Assembly (NCBI RefSeq): GCF_021869535.1
Contig: NW_026262690.1
Location: 24,800,001 to 24,864,000, forward strand
Source: Mytilus californianus
Taxonomy: Eukaryota
Direction: 5' to 3'
Length of the DNA: 64,000 nucleotides
Below the pieces are notes generated by a model, which searched no databases, had not been told where the DNA came from, and was given only the letters and a program-made list of their open reading frames with translations. This document shows positions 52,224 to 64,000 of the stretch, one piece after another (the stretch's first letter is position 1; every line of letters begins with the position of its first letter). A program made the position numbers and the translations under genes.

Positions 52224-52525
52224 CGTGTTCGTGTCCCTGCAATACTGTTGGAAGAACCTGGCAACATTTACTCAGTTTAAACCTGACGGAACAGGAATTG
52301 GTTATGTACTTAAATGAATATATACAAGACCTGCAGCAAAACATTACTATTGATCCTAAAACCACGTCTTCGTATATTAATTCCAAAACGTCGGCACCTG
52401 ACAATCGTTCTTCCTCTGCTGTGATTGGCTGGTTTGGTGGAGTAATGATGTGTGTGCCAATAATTTTATGTCTGTGTTCAGATTTCTGCCGATGTTCTCA
52501 TGGCAAGAAATCGAAAGAAGAGTAA
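52224..52525 (+). CDS. Gene 2 last exon: CxCPC, coiled-coil, TM module; paralog of gene 1 last exon
   Basis: Acceptor TTTATTTTAG| in phase 1. Gapless 86-aa alignment to gene 1 with 38 identities (counted by hand). Confidence 0.85.
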
Positions 52526-52964
52526 TGATACTGTAGTGATTTTCGTATGATTTTGATAATGATAAAAGCTCCTACGGTTTCGATGATGTGTACTTAAAAG
52601 AAATGTTAGTAAATCAAGTGACAATGTAAAACCTATATTCGTTAGATTTTAACTGAACACTATACTCCTTTCTATCATAATAGAAAGAATAATACGATGA
52701 TACTTGAGTTTTCCCTTAAATAATCGGATGCAAATATCAGGATCAAGAGGGTTATTCCTCAGTAAACTAAAATTAACTTCGATTTCTAAATAGGTGGAAA
52801 ATGATAAGTAAATTAATTCTTTTCCACTGTCACCATATAAATAAAAATTGTTTCTCCGCAAGGACAATTTTGATTAAAAGTTTACAAAAAAAGTTTTGTA
52901 AAAAGTAATGATTAAAACAACTAGAATTTTCTTTTTTAAATACATATTCTTTTATTATTGTTTA

Positions 52965-55020
52965 TAAAAAAGAGGCGAAAGATTCCAAAGGGACATTCAA
53001 ACTCATGTCGAAAATAAACTGACAACACAATAGCAAAAAAAAAAGAAAAACAAAATTATACAAGACACAACATAGAAAACTAAATACTGAGCAACATTAA
53101 ACCCCACCAAAAAATGGGAATAATCTCAAGTGGTCCAGAAGGATAAGCAAATCCTGATCCACATGTAGCACCGGTCATGGTGCTCATGGAAGTACAAACC
53201 CGGTGATAAGTCTAATTCGGTAGGTCGCATTCGGGAAAAAAAGAGGACGATATTGTGCTTAGGGCGATTGAATCATGTCCGTCGTCATCTGTGAAACAAA
53301 TATTCCATAACGAAAAAAAAAAAACTCGTGATGACGTCCGTTGTATTTACGAAGGGATGATATCAAATTTACCATTTGAAATTCTTGGTTTAATAGCTTC
53401 CTTGTGAGCAGCAACTCTCTATTAAGGATATCGTGATAGGAAACGCAAGCCTTGGAGTATCGTATCAACTGGAGATATATACTCTATATGCAGCTGTTGG
53501 AATGTTGCTACATAGAAATGGAAAGTGTATATTACAGATCTTTGGATTTTTTTAGTATCTACATCTGATTCACGTCGCCTCTAGTATAGGTAGATTCACA
53601 GTAACTTTGAAGCCCGACTTTGATTGATGATACCATTGATGTTTATAAGTTAGAAAGAGGTTTCGTGAAACACTTGGAAGACCTATCAATATAACGTTGT
53701 TTGTAAGGACATGCATGCAATTTGGGTATTTAAAACAGTTAAGGAAGATCTAGTTATTCATAATTGCTTGAAATTCCAATTGAACACAGAACAGACCTAA
53801 GATTATCCAGGATTTCCTCTTTGGTAAGTGTCTACGTCTTGTTTCTCGCGTTTAACCTATTGCCTGGCATAATCCTCGACTGAATCCATCAGTATTTTGA
53901 AGTTGTGTTTCCAATTTGCTCACGAGGAAGTGTTATTGACAATGTTTAGGTCACCAGTCATAACGTGACCAGTAGAATTATATTTGAATGGGGATCTAGC
54001 ACAAGGCAATCAGGAGGTTTAGAATTGAAGTCATTAATATCAGGATCTTGCAACACGTGCTTATAATTGAAAATTCTAGTTGCAATTGGTTTGGTATAGG
54101 TATAAGAAATGATAGGTACAGACTGATCTTAAAAATAGGGAGGTATTTTCGATTGAACTGATTTTGCCCGAGTTGATGGCATCGAAACCTTTGTTGGCAA
54201 AGGAAAGTTTTAGAAAGGATCTTTTCTCCTTTTCATCTTTTCCAATGCGAACTGGTTTGAAAAGTCTGTAAGTGGCATTATCTTAGATGGTAGCTGTAAG
54301 TTTGTATTGGTGTGAATTTGGGTTTTGCCTTTTGTTAAGGACTTTCCGTTTTTTCATTGGAGCTCGGTATTTTTGCTATTTTTCTTCTTGATGTAACAGT
54401 TGTTTCCAAACACGAGTTGTACAGAAATAAAGTTTTGAAAGGGGTAGTGAATAAGGCTTCGTGTAAATGTGATGAATACCCAACGACTTTTGTATAAATA
54501 GCAGAAGGTCATGGAGATTGGTATAATGACGTTGACGATCACTGCGTCTACGTCAAGGAGTAGAGTTGAAAATGTTCATTACATTCACCGAGCTACAGGA
54601 AGGACTATATAGAATACCTATACCATCAATTTTGTCATTGCAACCATATTGTGTCGCAGTTCCCGATTCTCAAATCAAGAAGTCTTTCTATTGTCTACGG
54701 AGAGGGTTTCAAGATGAGGATTGTTAGTCCTGTGGTACATTTTTTTCGATGATGCGAACTTGCTTAGAAAGGATTGAATGATCAGGCTAATTAAAATGCT
54801 AGAAAACAATGTTTCTTGCAAAATCGACAAAAGATCTATAAATCTCACTTAATACAACAAATGTCGAGGACAGAAGTTAAGTGAGATTTTTAACATAAGT
54901 TGAAAATGTTGCTTAACGATGGAATTCCTAACGTGCCAAACTCAATACTTTTTCCCCGGACTTAATGTTAGAAACATGCCAATATCAGAATTTGGAATAT
55001 AAGCAATCAGAGAAACTCCA
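52965..55020 (-). mobile_element. Heavily decayed Naiad-type Penelope-like element of a second subfamily
   Basis: Minus-strand relics in order: GIY-YIG C-terminal part (FN.PDHSILS..VRIIEK, YGCNDKI; about 54400-54800); FANKG.D / IPPYF / GHVMTGDLNIV (53941-53970); IPKLHACPYK (53701-53729); RT thumb VYISQLIRYS.AC (53259-53520); then 3' UTR. The RT core is deleted. Confidence 0.8.
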
Positions 55021-55253
55021 GAAAATAGATTCCTAATAAAATATTGTGATATGTCTTGATTCAAACAAAATTTATTCACTAAGAAAAATCAAATTCAAAG
55101 CAACATTATTCAGACAGTTAGTTGGAACAACTCGACTGATTGAAGCATAACGTCAAGTGGCATATTGTTTATACATACGCGGGACAGGTACAAACTAACA
55201 ATTGATGCAATAGTTACATGTTTATGTATGTTCTAAACAGTTGGTCGATCGGA

Positions 55254-58200
55254 ATGAAAGCTTAGAAATGGAAAAATATTAAATACTAAACTCGTTCAAA
55301 GGGTATCTACACGTCTCAATCTTCAAAATCACTTATCTAAAAATACTACCATCGCTAACATTTTAACAATAAAAATCGTGGTTACCCTTCTATCGATAAG
55401 TGTCATGCCAAAAAATGACTTACATGTCCCCGTCTTTCCACCAACAATACGGTAAGGTCTACGTTTAATGGTCGCACATTTTCTTTAAATTTTGAAACTG
55501 ATATAACTTGAAAAACAAACAGTATTATTTATTTACTCACATGAAACAAACCGGGATGCGGTATTCAGTACGTAGGTGAAACTGGACGATATTTTTCTAA
55601 ACGCACGCAAGAACACCTGTATCGTTTTAAAAGACCCAATAAATTCAAAAGTATCGTTTATCAACATCTTAAAAAGCACAATCATCCTATTAAATATTTA
55701 ACAGTTCAACCTTTAGAAGTAGTAGATAAGCAGCCTGGTGAATCTCATTCAAATTTTGTAGGATCACGGAAAATAATTGAATTAAATTGGATTAAAAAAT
55801 TACAGACAGTCCACCCTCTCGGCCTTAATGATAATATCATGGGAATTGGTAATATATCAAGAACCGATTCTGTTAACATTTTGGATATAGTTTCTAAAAC
55901 TTTTCGTAAAAACCGTTCTCATGGGCGTAGAAAAAATCGCAATCAAAGAAAATTTCGGACCAATCATACAAATTTTGTCGGACCTTATTTCTATTTCAAA
56001 AAACAACGGCAGACATTATCTATTAACCCAGCTCTGTTCTTTACCTATAAATAAATTAAATAAAATTTTAGAGGGTTGCAACACAATTTCATATTGCAGT
56101 CCTAAGTATGAAATCGTTCAAATTATAATGGCATATTGTTATAATAAACTGTTTCCCAAAATTGATCGCCCTGAAGATCATAAAAAACATTTTATTAAAA
56201 TAAAGTATGTCAATAAAGGTTTTGATTTTGTAAATATTGCCGGTATTTTAACGACCATTCTGTTAAAGAACAAATTCCTGGATATTTTGATTATACTGAA
56301 CTCCCTCTTATTTGTTATATTTACAAGAAATGTACCCGAAAATTTGTGTTTAATTATAACCAAGTCTGTAAAGATGTAAATATCAGTGAAAATACATCTA
56401 CGTCATGTAATTGTAGTAGTTCCGAAATACACTTATGGCCTCATTTCCCATGTTATAACAGGAGACCTTAACATCGTTCGCGACCGAGAGTTAAAATCGT
56501 TCCTCAGTAAAGAACCTAAATATCGTCCCCCGTCAATTATTAATTGGAATGAGTGTCGTAATATCATCCACGACTCACTTCGTGCTTACTGTTTGAAATG
56601 AATAAAACGGGAAAAAGCTGACAAAAAATCTTTGGACTCTTTTTTTAATTCAGTAATGAAGATAGTTGATATACGTATACAACATTTTAAAGAACATTTT
56701 ACTCTTAACAACAACCATAAAAATCCTATTTCTCGTACCAAACATAAACTAATAGAACTAGCCAAGGAATTTGTTTTTGTCCCGGCTGATAAAGCTGCTA
56801 ATAATATCATTATAGTTTGACGTAAATTTTACATTGAGGTTCTGCAAAAGGAAATCACAAATTCACCAACATTCCAACTGACTTCATTTTCAGAAAACGA
56901 TATCTGTAACAAACATAAACTATTAGCTACTTCTTTACAAGCAGAACCAAAAACAATGAAAGTCCCAACTATGTACTGACTTCCGAAGCTACACAAATCA
57001 CCTTACAAATATAGATTTATTTCGTCTTCAAGTCATTGTTCCACTACTAAATTGTCTATTTTACTTACTAGTACACTTGGTACAATCAAAAACCTGATAA
57101 CAAATTGTTCTAATAAGGCCTTTGAAAATAGTGGAATTAATTACTTTTGGAGTGTCAAAAATTCGTTGGAAGTACTTGATAAATTGCATGCATATATTGG
57201 TGATTTTGAATCTGTTCAAAGTTTTGATTTTTCTACCCTATATACCACTTTGCCTCATATTCTTATTAAGAAAAAATTCACACACCTAATTAAATGGGCA
57301 TTTGAAAAGTCGGAATGCGAATACATATGTTCAAACTCTTTTAGGTCATTTTTTAGTAGCAACAAACAAAAGAACTATGTCAATTGGACATGCTTTGATA
57401 CTATATCTGCCCTTGAATTTTTACTTGATAACATTTTTGTTCGCTTTGGAGATTCCGTATATCGTCAAGTTATCGGAATTCCAATGGGGACTAACTGTGC
57501 ACCACTTATTGCGGACCTATTTTTGTATTGTTATGAGTTACAATTCATGACTAAAATCAGCAAAGACCCATCGAAACAACATCTTATACAAAAATTTTAT
57601 AATATTTTTAGATATTTGGATGATATATTGGCTCTCAATAATGACGACTTCAGTGTGTATACTAAAGACATTTATCCTGTTGAACTTACTTTAAATAAAG
57701 CTAATACTAACAATGACCACTGTCCTTTCCTCGATCTTGATATCTATATCATTAACGGGAAGCTTAATACAAAAATTTATGATAAAAGAGATGATTTTTC
57801 ATTTCCTATCGTTAATTATCCATTTTTAGATGGTGACGTTCCCTTGTCACCATCTTATGGTGTTTATATATCTCAACTTGTACGATTCGCTCGTGTATGT
57901 AACAACGTATTAGATTTTAGCGAGAGAAATTTATGTATTACTGAAAAATTATTACACCAGGGTTTTCGATATCATAAACTAGTCAAAACATTTACTAAAT
58001 TTTATCATCGGTATAAGGACATCATTCGTAAATATAACTCAACATGCAGACATCTTATACGTTCGGGTATTTCACATCCATGGTAATATTCCTTACAGAG
58101 CACAAAAATAGCAGTATTCACAGCAAAAGCTAACAAAACCTTTAAACAGACTTATTAAGAAGGGATATAGTTACGATACTGTTGTCAGGTCATTAAAGAT

Positions 58201-58255
58201 TGCATATTTTGGCTTTAATATTCATTCACTTATAGGGTCTTTGCATCGGAATTAA
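55254..58255 (+). pseudogene. Naiad EN-RT ORF (putative selenoprotein), disrupted by about six frameshifts
   Basis: MKLRNGK start; IIYLLT*NKPGCGIQYVGETGR...KRTQEH; ELNWIKKLQTVHPLGLN; CNC at 56406-56414; HVITGDL; DKAANN; PKLHK; SFDFSTLYT; GIPMGTNCAP; RYLDD; FLDL; VYISQLVRFAR. TGA at 55416, 55509, 55542, 56599, 56818 and 56977; TAG at 58109. Confidence 0.9.
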
Positions 58256-58304
58256 CACATTTATTCTAAAACCAGTTGTTGGCATGACACGGGTTATGTT
58301 CTTC

Positions 58305-58371
58305 TCATATATTTTATGACGGTATAATACTGAACCCATAACAGGAGGGATTGTGCCTGATATTTATATGA
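58305..58371 (+). promoter_or_regulatory. SECIS element (form-2-like)
   Basis: Helix I UCAUAUA/UAUAUGA; core AUGAC (58316-58320) opposite UGAU (58358-58361); helix II GGUAUAAU/AUUGUGCC; apical AA (58333-58334); small apical CC/GG pairing. Confidence 0.75.
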
Positions 58372-58566
58372 TGAAGACATAATCTTTCAATCAGTTTAAT
58401 TGAGGTCTGGAGCTGACATGTCAGTAACTGCTAGTAGTCTGTTGTTATTTATGTATTATTGTCATTTTGTTTATTTTCTTTTGTTTTCTATTCTGACATC
58501 GGACTCGGACTTCTCTTATACTGAGTTTTACTGTGCGTACTGTTGTGCGTTTGTTTTTTCTACATT

Positions 58567-58657
58567 GGCTAGAGGTATAGAGGAGGGTTGAGATCTCAAA
58601 AAACATGTTTAACCCAGCCGCATTTTTGCGCCTGTCCCAAGTCAGGAGCCTCTGGCC
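58567..58657 (+). ncRNA. Type-P5 twister ribozyme in the Naiad 3' region
   Basis: P5 10 bp GGCUAGAGGU/GCCUCUGGCC; GAGGG 58583-58587; U58610-A58611 scissile; P3 GCA/UGC; P4 CCUG/CAGG; loop UCCCAAGU; T1 and T2 pairings possible. Confidence 0.8.
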
Positions 58658-61600
58658 TTTGTTAGTCTTGTATCATTTTTAATTTTAGTTTCCTGTGTAT
58701 AATTTGGAGTTAAGTATGACGTCCATTATCACTGAACTAGTATACTTATTTGTTTAGGGGCCAGCTGAAGGACGCCTCCGGGTGCGGGAGTTTATCGCTG
58801 CATTGAAGACCCATTGGTGGCCTTCGGCTGTTGTCTGCTCTATGGTCGGGTTGTTGTCTCTTTGACACATTCCCTATTTCCATTCTCAATTTTATATATA
58901 CTAAAATAAGTCCTCTATACAGGAATTTTTTTTTACATTTATTACAATTTCATATAATCGACAAAAAATATGTCATTCATTAAAAACATTGCCTCCTATT
59001 AAACTCTTGTGTTTTAAGTTTACTGAACTTGACCTATAAAACCCAAAACAGAACCATGGAGGATGTGCAAAATAAGTGAAATGATAGGCATGTTTGTTTA
59101 CCTTTCCTTTTATCATGGGTTTCCCTCGCACTTGCGTTGTGCGGTTTCGGAAGTACTAACGAGAGGACTCGTGATTAAGGTCTGCATTCGAAAAAACTAT
59201 CGGTGAATTAGAGTACGAGAAGACAATAATTCAATGGCAGTACATTTCAGAAGATTTTAATACGCTAAATGATTTTCTTTTAAAAGACAGTCTATGTACA
59301 GGTGTTTTACAGTAAAACTTAGTCATTCAATATATAAAACATATCGATCAACTTTTTTTTTTAACTTAAAGTATCATATGTGAATTTAATATATACTTAT
59401 ATATATATACAGTTATATACATTCATGATCCAACAATCTGTTGATACTTTTAGCATCGCACTAGGTCATGATTTTTATGACTGCGTATAATGCATTTACA
59501 CTACATGGATGTGTACTGATTCATAGTTTTGTCTGAGAAACATAATTTTTCAATTGGTTGAAATTGGCTTTGAACTTGTTTTCAGTAGGTGCGAGTACTC
59601 TCAAAAAGGTACTTTGTGTTTTCGTCTTTTTGTTATGCTTTGTGCAGATCTGATGAGTAACTCCTTTTAAGCTCATTTTTCTGTACAGTTTGTTCTGATG
59701 TTGTAACCACTATCCAAGGTTAGGTGAGGGTCGTTAGATATATCTTTTACTTGACGCCAACCAACCGACTATCGATTATAATCGGCTACAAATTTATTTG
59801 GAGGTTTATCTTTCATTGTCAACAACTTAACACATTTTTATAGGATTTCTAAGGTGCTTTAGAGCTTATAATATGTTTAGTGTAAACATTAATTAAAATC
59901 AAGTTTTTAAAAGTTAAATAATGTACACAATTTGTATAAATATATAGTAAAACTATTAAATAATATTCTCCGGAAACAAGCTGTTAACTTATTTTAATCC
60001 GTTTCTTAATAACATTTTGAATACATGCTGAAGAAGAGAGGCAAAAGATACCAAAGGGACATTCAAACTCATAAGCCGAAAATAAACTGACAACGCCATG
60101 GCTAAAAAAGAAAAGACCAACAGACAAACAATAGTACACAAAACACAACATAGAAAACTAAATACTGAGAAAAACGAACCCCACCAAAAACTGCTCCACA
60201 TGCGACACCCGTCGTGTTACTCCTATAAGATAAGTAACAAGTGATATGGTATCATAAAATAACGGATTGGTAATTAACTCTTATCTAACCCCAAAACATC
60301 ACCAAATTAATAAACCATCGGTAAAGTAAATGTTCTGACCCTGAAGCTTGACCGACTGTGAAAATGTGAAATAGAAACAGGTTTGTCATGACAAAGGATA
60401 GACGAGACTGTTACCGGAATAAACAACACAAAAATTGAAAAATTAAAAACGAAAAAGTACAAGACTTAAACTCAAGTAAGTGCAAAACGAACCACTTTAA
60501 AACAAAACTAGAGGTGTTCTCCGGTTCTCCGGAAGGGTAAGCAGATCCTGCTCCACATGTGTCACCCGTCGTGTTGCAACAAAACCGGCAATAAATCTGA
60601 ATCGGTAGGTATATATTAAGCGATTCTGCATGTATCTACTGCAGCCATTTGAGGTGGAACCAAAAATATTAAGGCATTTTTATTTATTTTAATAACTTAT
60701 TAGTTAAAACTGATTATAGGTGATTATGAAATTTATCAATCGATTATTTAGTTGGCTGTCTCAAATTATTGAAATATCACTAGTATTAAATTTTGAAAGC
60801 GCTAACAAAAATGTTTAATCCCGCCACATTCCTTATATGTCTGTCCCATGTCTGGGGTCTGTAATTCAACAGTCGTCTTAGCTTGCTATCTGTCATATTT
60901 GTTGTTGTCTTTTTAAGGATAAATCAAACCGATGTTTTTCGAATTTGAATTGTTTTACATTTAGATGAAAGGCGTATGGTTACCTATCATAGATGTTTAT
61001 ATCCTAGTATTTTGGTCTCAGGTGGATAGTTGTCTCATTGGCAATCATGTATCTCCTCATGTTTCATTTTGTTAAATTGTAGCAATCCAGCAGAAAACAG
61101 CCAATTAAATCTTTACACTTCTTACATAATATTGATAATGAGAAATGAAGATAAAAATATATTGGAATTATGAAGCAAACTTTATTTAATAAGGAAAAAG
61201 ATATACAAAATTAAATTAGATCGTAATTTAACAGAATGATTACTATAATTCCCTCATTTTGCGACCATCCAATACTGCAATGGAGTAAGGGGTTGTCTCT
61301 CCTCTTCCAGATTGCTCAGTTTTTGGTATTGAAAGGCAACAATAACTTATATTCTTTATTCTGCAATAGTGATTTATAAAATTTATGTTTATTTGCTTTT
61401 TTTAGTTATGAATCAGGGATGGGGTATTCATATTATACGAAAACGTGTACTTCTCTGGCAAGGGCACATACATTAGACTTAAAACGTAATTATGCATACA
61501 TCTAATAAAAAATGTGTCTTGTATTTAAATATTTGCATCAACCGACAATTTATTTGTACTCAATATTGGTATTTCATTGAAATACTTTGAACACTTATTA

Positions 61601-62664
61601 AACAAGTATACCTTTTGATTTACGAAACAAATCTTTTGTAATTTATGGCATATATTTTTGATTATGTTATTCAAATACAAACAAACAGTAAAAATTGCAC
61701 AGTTGTTTCTGGAATTCCGTGACTGAAAATCTATAAAGTAGTTATTAAATCAAATTTAAAGAACTGGTCATTTAGTCCTAAGCACAGTGTGGTATGAATT
61801 TATTTTCCAGCTCTTCTAATGAGATAAATTTTGAACTTTAAGAACCATATAAAAATCAATAAGTTTCTCATCTAACATAGAATAACCAAATAACGGATGG
61901 ATAATATTTAACAAATTATGTTAAACGAGCAAAGAGAAATCAAAATTCACACAACAATCGACATTGAATTCCAGAAACAACTGTGCAATTTTACTTTTTT
62001 TTTTATTTGAATACCATGATCAAAAATATATGTGATTCCATCGGTTTTAAATAACACAGACTTAACGATCTGTTATTTTTGGTCTCTCAAGGAAGCCACT
62101 GTTATTGACACTCGCTTCTGAAAAAGAAACCATTAGTAAAATCCTTTTATCCTCAGGCAATGACGATAGTATAGTTTGCAACTGACAAAATGAAAACTTA
62201 AGTGTCTAATCGTCCTTTGTCGATTAGATGTACATGTATGTCACTGTGAATGTGTTCTGAACTGCCATGTGAACCGACCAAAAAATAAATTTGCAATTCA
62301 TTTAAAGTATATTAATCTTTTTCTGGTATTTTTGCTTGCCGAAACAATGACAGAACATGCTTTTTTGCTTTGTTTGATCTTCGATAATAGTGTAGTGCAT
62401 TGTTTTGGATCGATTATGGTGAGGAACTAATGACAGCATCATCGAAAAGGAGTTAATTTCATCCTAAGTTGCACCGATTGTATACTTGATTAAACTTCTA
62501 TAAGTTGCTCCAACATGACCGAGTACCAGAATGACCTACCACAAAGAAGGTAACCTGCCGAAAATTATACACTCCGGTGTCAAAAGTTGGTAATATGAAA
62601 AAAGTTTATAATTGTTATCCCGTATCCAAATTCGTTGATAGTTTTCCGCATACAGTGACCTAAA

Positions 62665-63331
62665 AGGGGCATTAGGTACGAGATATAAATTTTTTCAATC
62701 ATTAATGAAAGTGAAATAGTGAAATAATAATTCGCTTTTAGCAGCCAGTTTGGTTCAATTTTGTCAAAATAAGCTAAGAAATATCGCTGACGAATTATTT
62801 GAATAATTCGACCTCATTGAAGCCGTATTCATGTGACCTTCAATTTAACCCCTTAGCTAGAGATGGGTTACGCACATAAACTAGGCGTGTTCAGCTATCA
62901 AAAGGAAAAGAATGTCAACATTGAAAGTGAAACAAGGGTAAACCATTTGCTTGACCGATTCGATCCACAAAAACTCATTCTTATATAGTTGAAAACGATG
63001 TTTAATATATTTTTTTAAACTTTAATATGAAATCAAACAGACCTAGAAAAATCCAATTGCTCGTATTCGCTATCTATTTATATCTATATTTATGTTTATA
63101 TCGGGTTATATGACCGTCGGCAGTCTTCGGAGGTCTCCTCGATTGTTAATTAGTTGGCGTCTAGAATAAAATACACACGAAATGCTGATACATTTTATCG
63201 AGTCCATGCATCCATCGTAAATTGTTTATTTTAGACTTTTTATAATTTGGATATATGTTTTAGTATGTTATAAATCAAATATGAGAATTTGAGTAAAATC
63301 GGTGAACATGAATTTGACGGGTAATGCCCCT
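62665..63331. mobile_element. Non-autonomous Kolobok-like DNA transposon
   Basis: TIRs AGGGGCATTA / TAATGCCCCT, flanked by TAAA (left) and TTAA (right), consistent with a TTAA target-site duplication and AG...CT ends. Confidence 0.7.
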
Positions 63332-64000
63332 TTAACATGACACCTTTCGTTTATATTTCGGAAACCAGACTGCGCAATTGCAAAGCATAGTATCAACTGA
63401 TTCTGAATCATTCAACTGTTATGACAAAGTTTAAAATTGGAACGCGTAAAAAATAAGGAATTTTGAAAAAATAAAATAAAACTTTGTCCTTTCGTCGATA
63501 TGCACGTTCTTACCTCAACTTCAATTATTCTGTATTGATTGTTTATCAAGATCACGATAGGTTTTAGATCAACAATGATTTACACAGAACGTTATTGATT
63601 TGTTATAAATGTAATAAATAATAAATCGTGTTTTGAGGACTGAGGTTAGAATAGTATTAATATATTTGTTCAATAATTTCCTAAACACAAAAATGATCAT
63701 AAACTCGTTTCATATGACTTGATAATATAAAAAAGAAACAAATATATGGTTAATTTAATAATTTCCTTAACATCGTCAGGAAATTGTCTCAAATGACTTA
63801 TTAAAGATGATTATATAATTCCAAAGTTGATTTAATACTATTTGTATTCACAGAGTTTGGTCTGCTGGTTTCAAAAATGAAATGAATAAATAAGATAAAT
63901 ATAAAAGAACAATTTGCTTCATATCACATCTCCTGAATTCTATTATCATTTACGATCACTTTCAGTAGTGAAATTCTTTAGCCAATTCATGCATTACCGC

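Larger units (their letters stand above)
55254..58895 (+). mobile_element. Naiad-type Penelope-like retroelement (N-terminal GIY-YIG, CxC linker, RT) with SECIS and twister in the 3' region
   Basis: Domain order EN-CxC-RT is diagnostic of the Naiad/Chlamys clade; the CCHH-type EN points to Naiad. The 3' region ends at CCATTCTCAATTTTAT, shared with dispersed copies. Confidence 0.9.

Noticed and set aside
56599-56979. TGA at 56599 and 56977 as additional selenocysteines
   Set aside because: They fall at Trp-type positions (LK-W-IKREK, MY-W-LPKLH). TGG-to-TGA is a single transition expected in a decayed copy.

Overview
AT-rich eukaryotic genomic DNA with spliceosomal introns, most likely from a bivalve mollusc (the repeat families resemble those I know from Mytilus; this is inference). 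No operons, CRISPR arrays, rRNA or true tRNA genes are supported. Host genes: two tandem paralogous single-pass membrane protein genes on +. Gene 1 has four coding exons (signal peptide, WSC domain, CxCPC/coiled-coil/TM module; 242 aa). Gene 2 has a signal exon and the same C-terminal module, apparently without WSC. The rest is mobile DNA: a nearly intact Ngaro-like tyrosine-recombinase retrotransposon, a decayed Sailor-like (about DD83E) IS630-Tc1-mariner element with long TIRs, a LINE 3' fragment, a Helentron-type non-autonomous element, a Kolobok-like element, MITEs, a tRNA-derived SINE, hammerhead-bearing retrozyme-like repeats, four minisatellites and two head-to-head Naiad-type Penelope-like elements (N-terminal GIY-YIG, CxC linker, RT). 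Main hunt result: the + strand Naiad (55254-58895) has four in-frame TGA codons at cysteine-aligned positions and a SECIS-like hairpin 50 nt after the stop, so it probably encoded a selenoprotein. Its 3' end also folds into a type-P5 twister ribozyme. The same twister fold, with compensatory base changes, occurs in two other dispersed repeat families in the window, and one fragment ends at the predicted cleavage site. All structures and alignments were derived by eye; no searches or folding programs were run.
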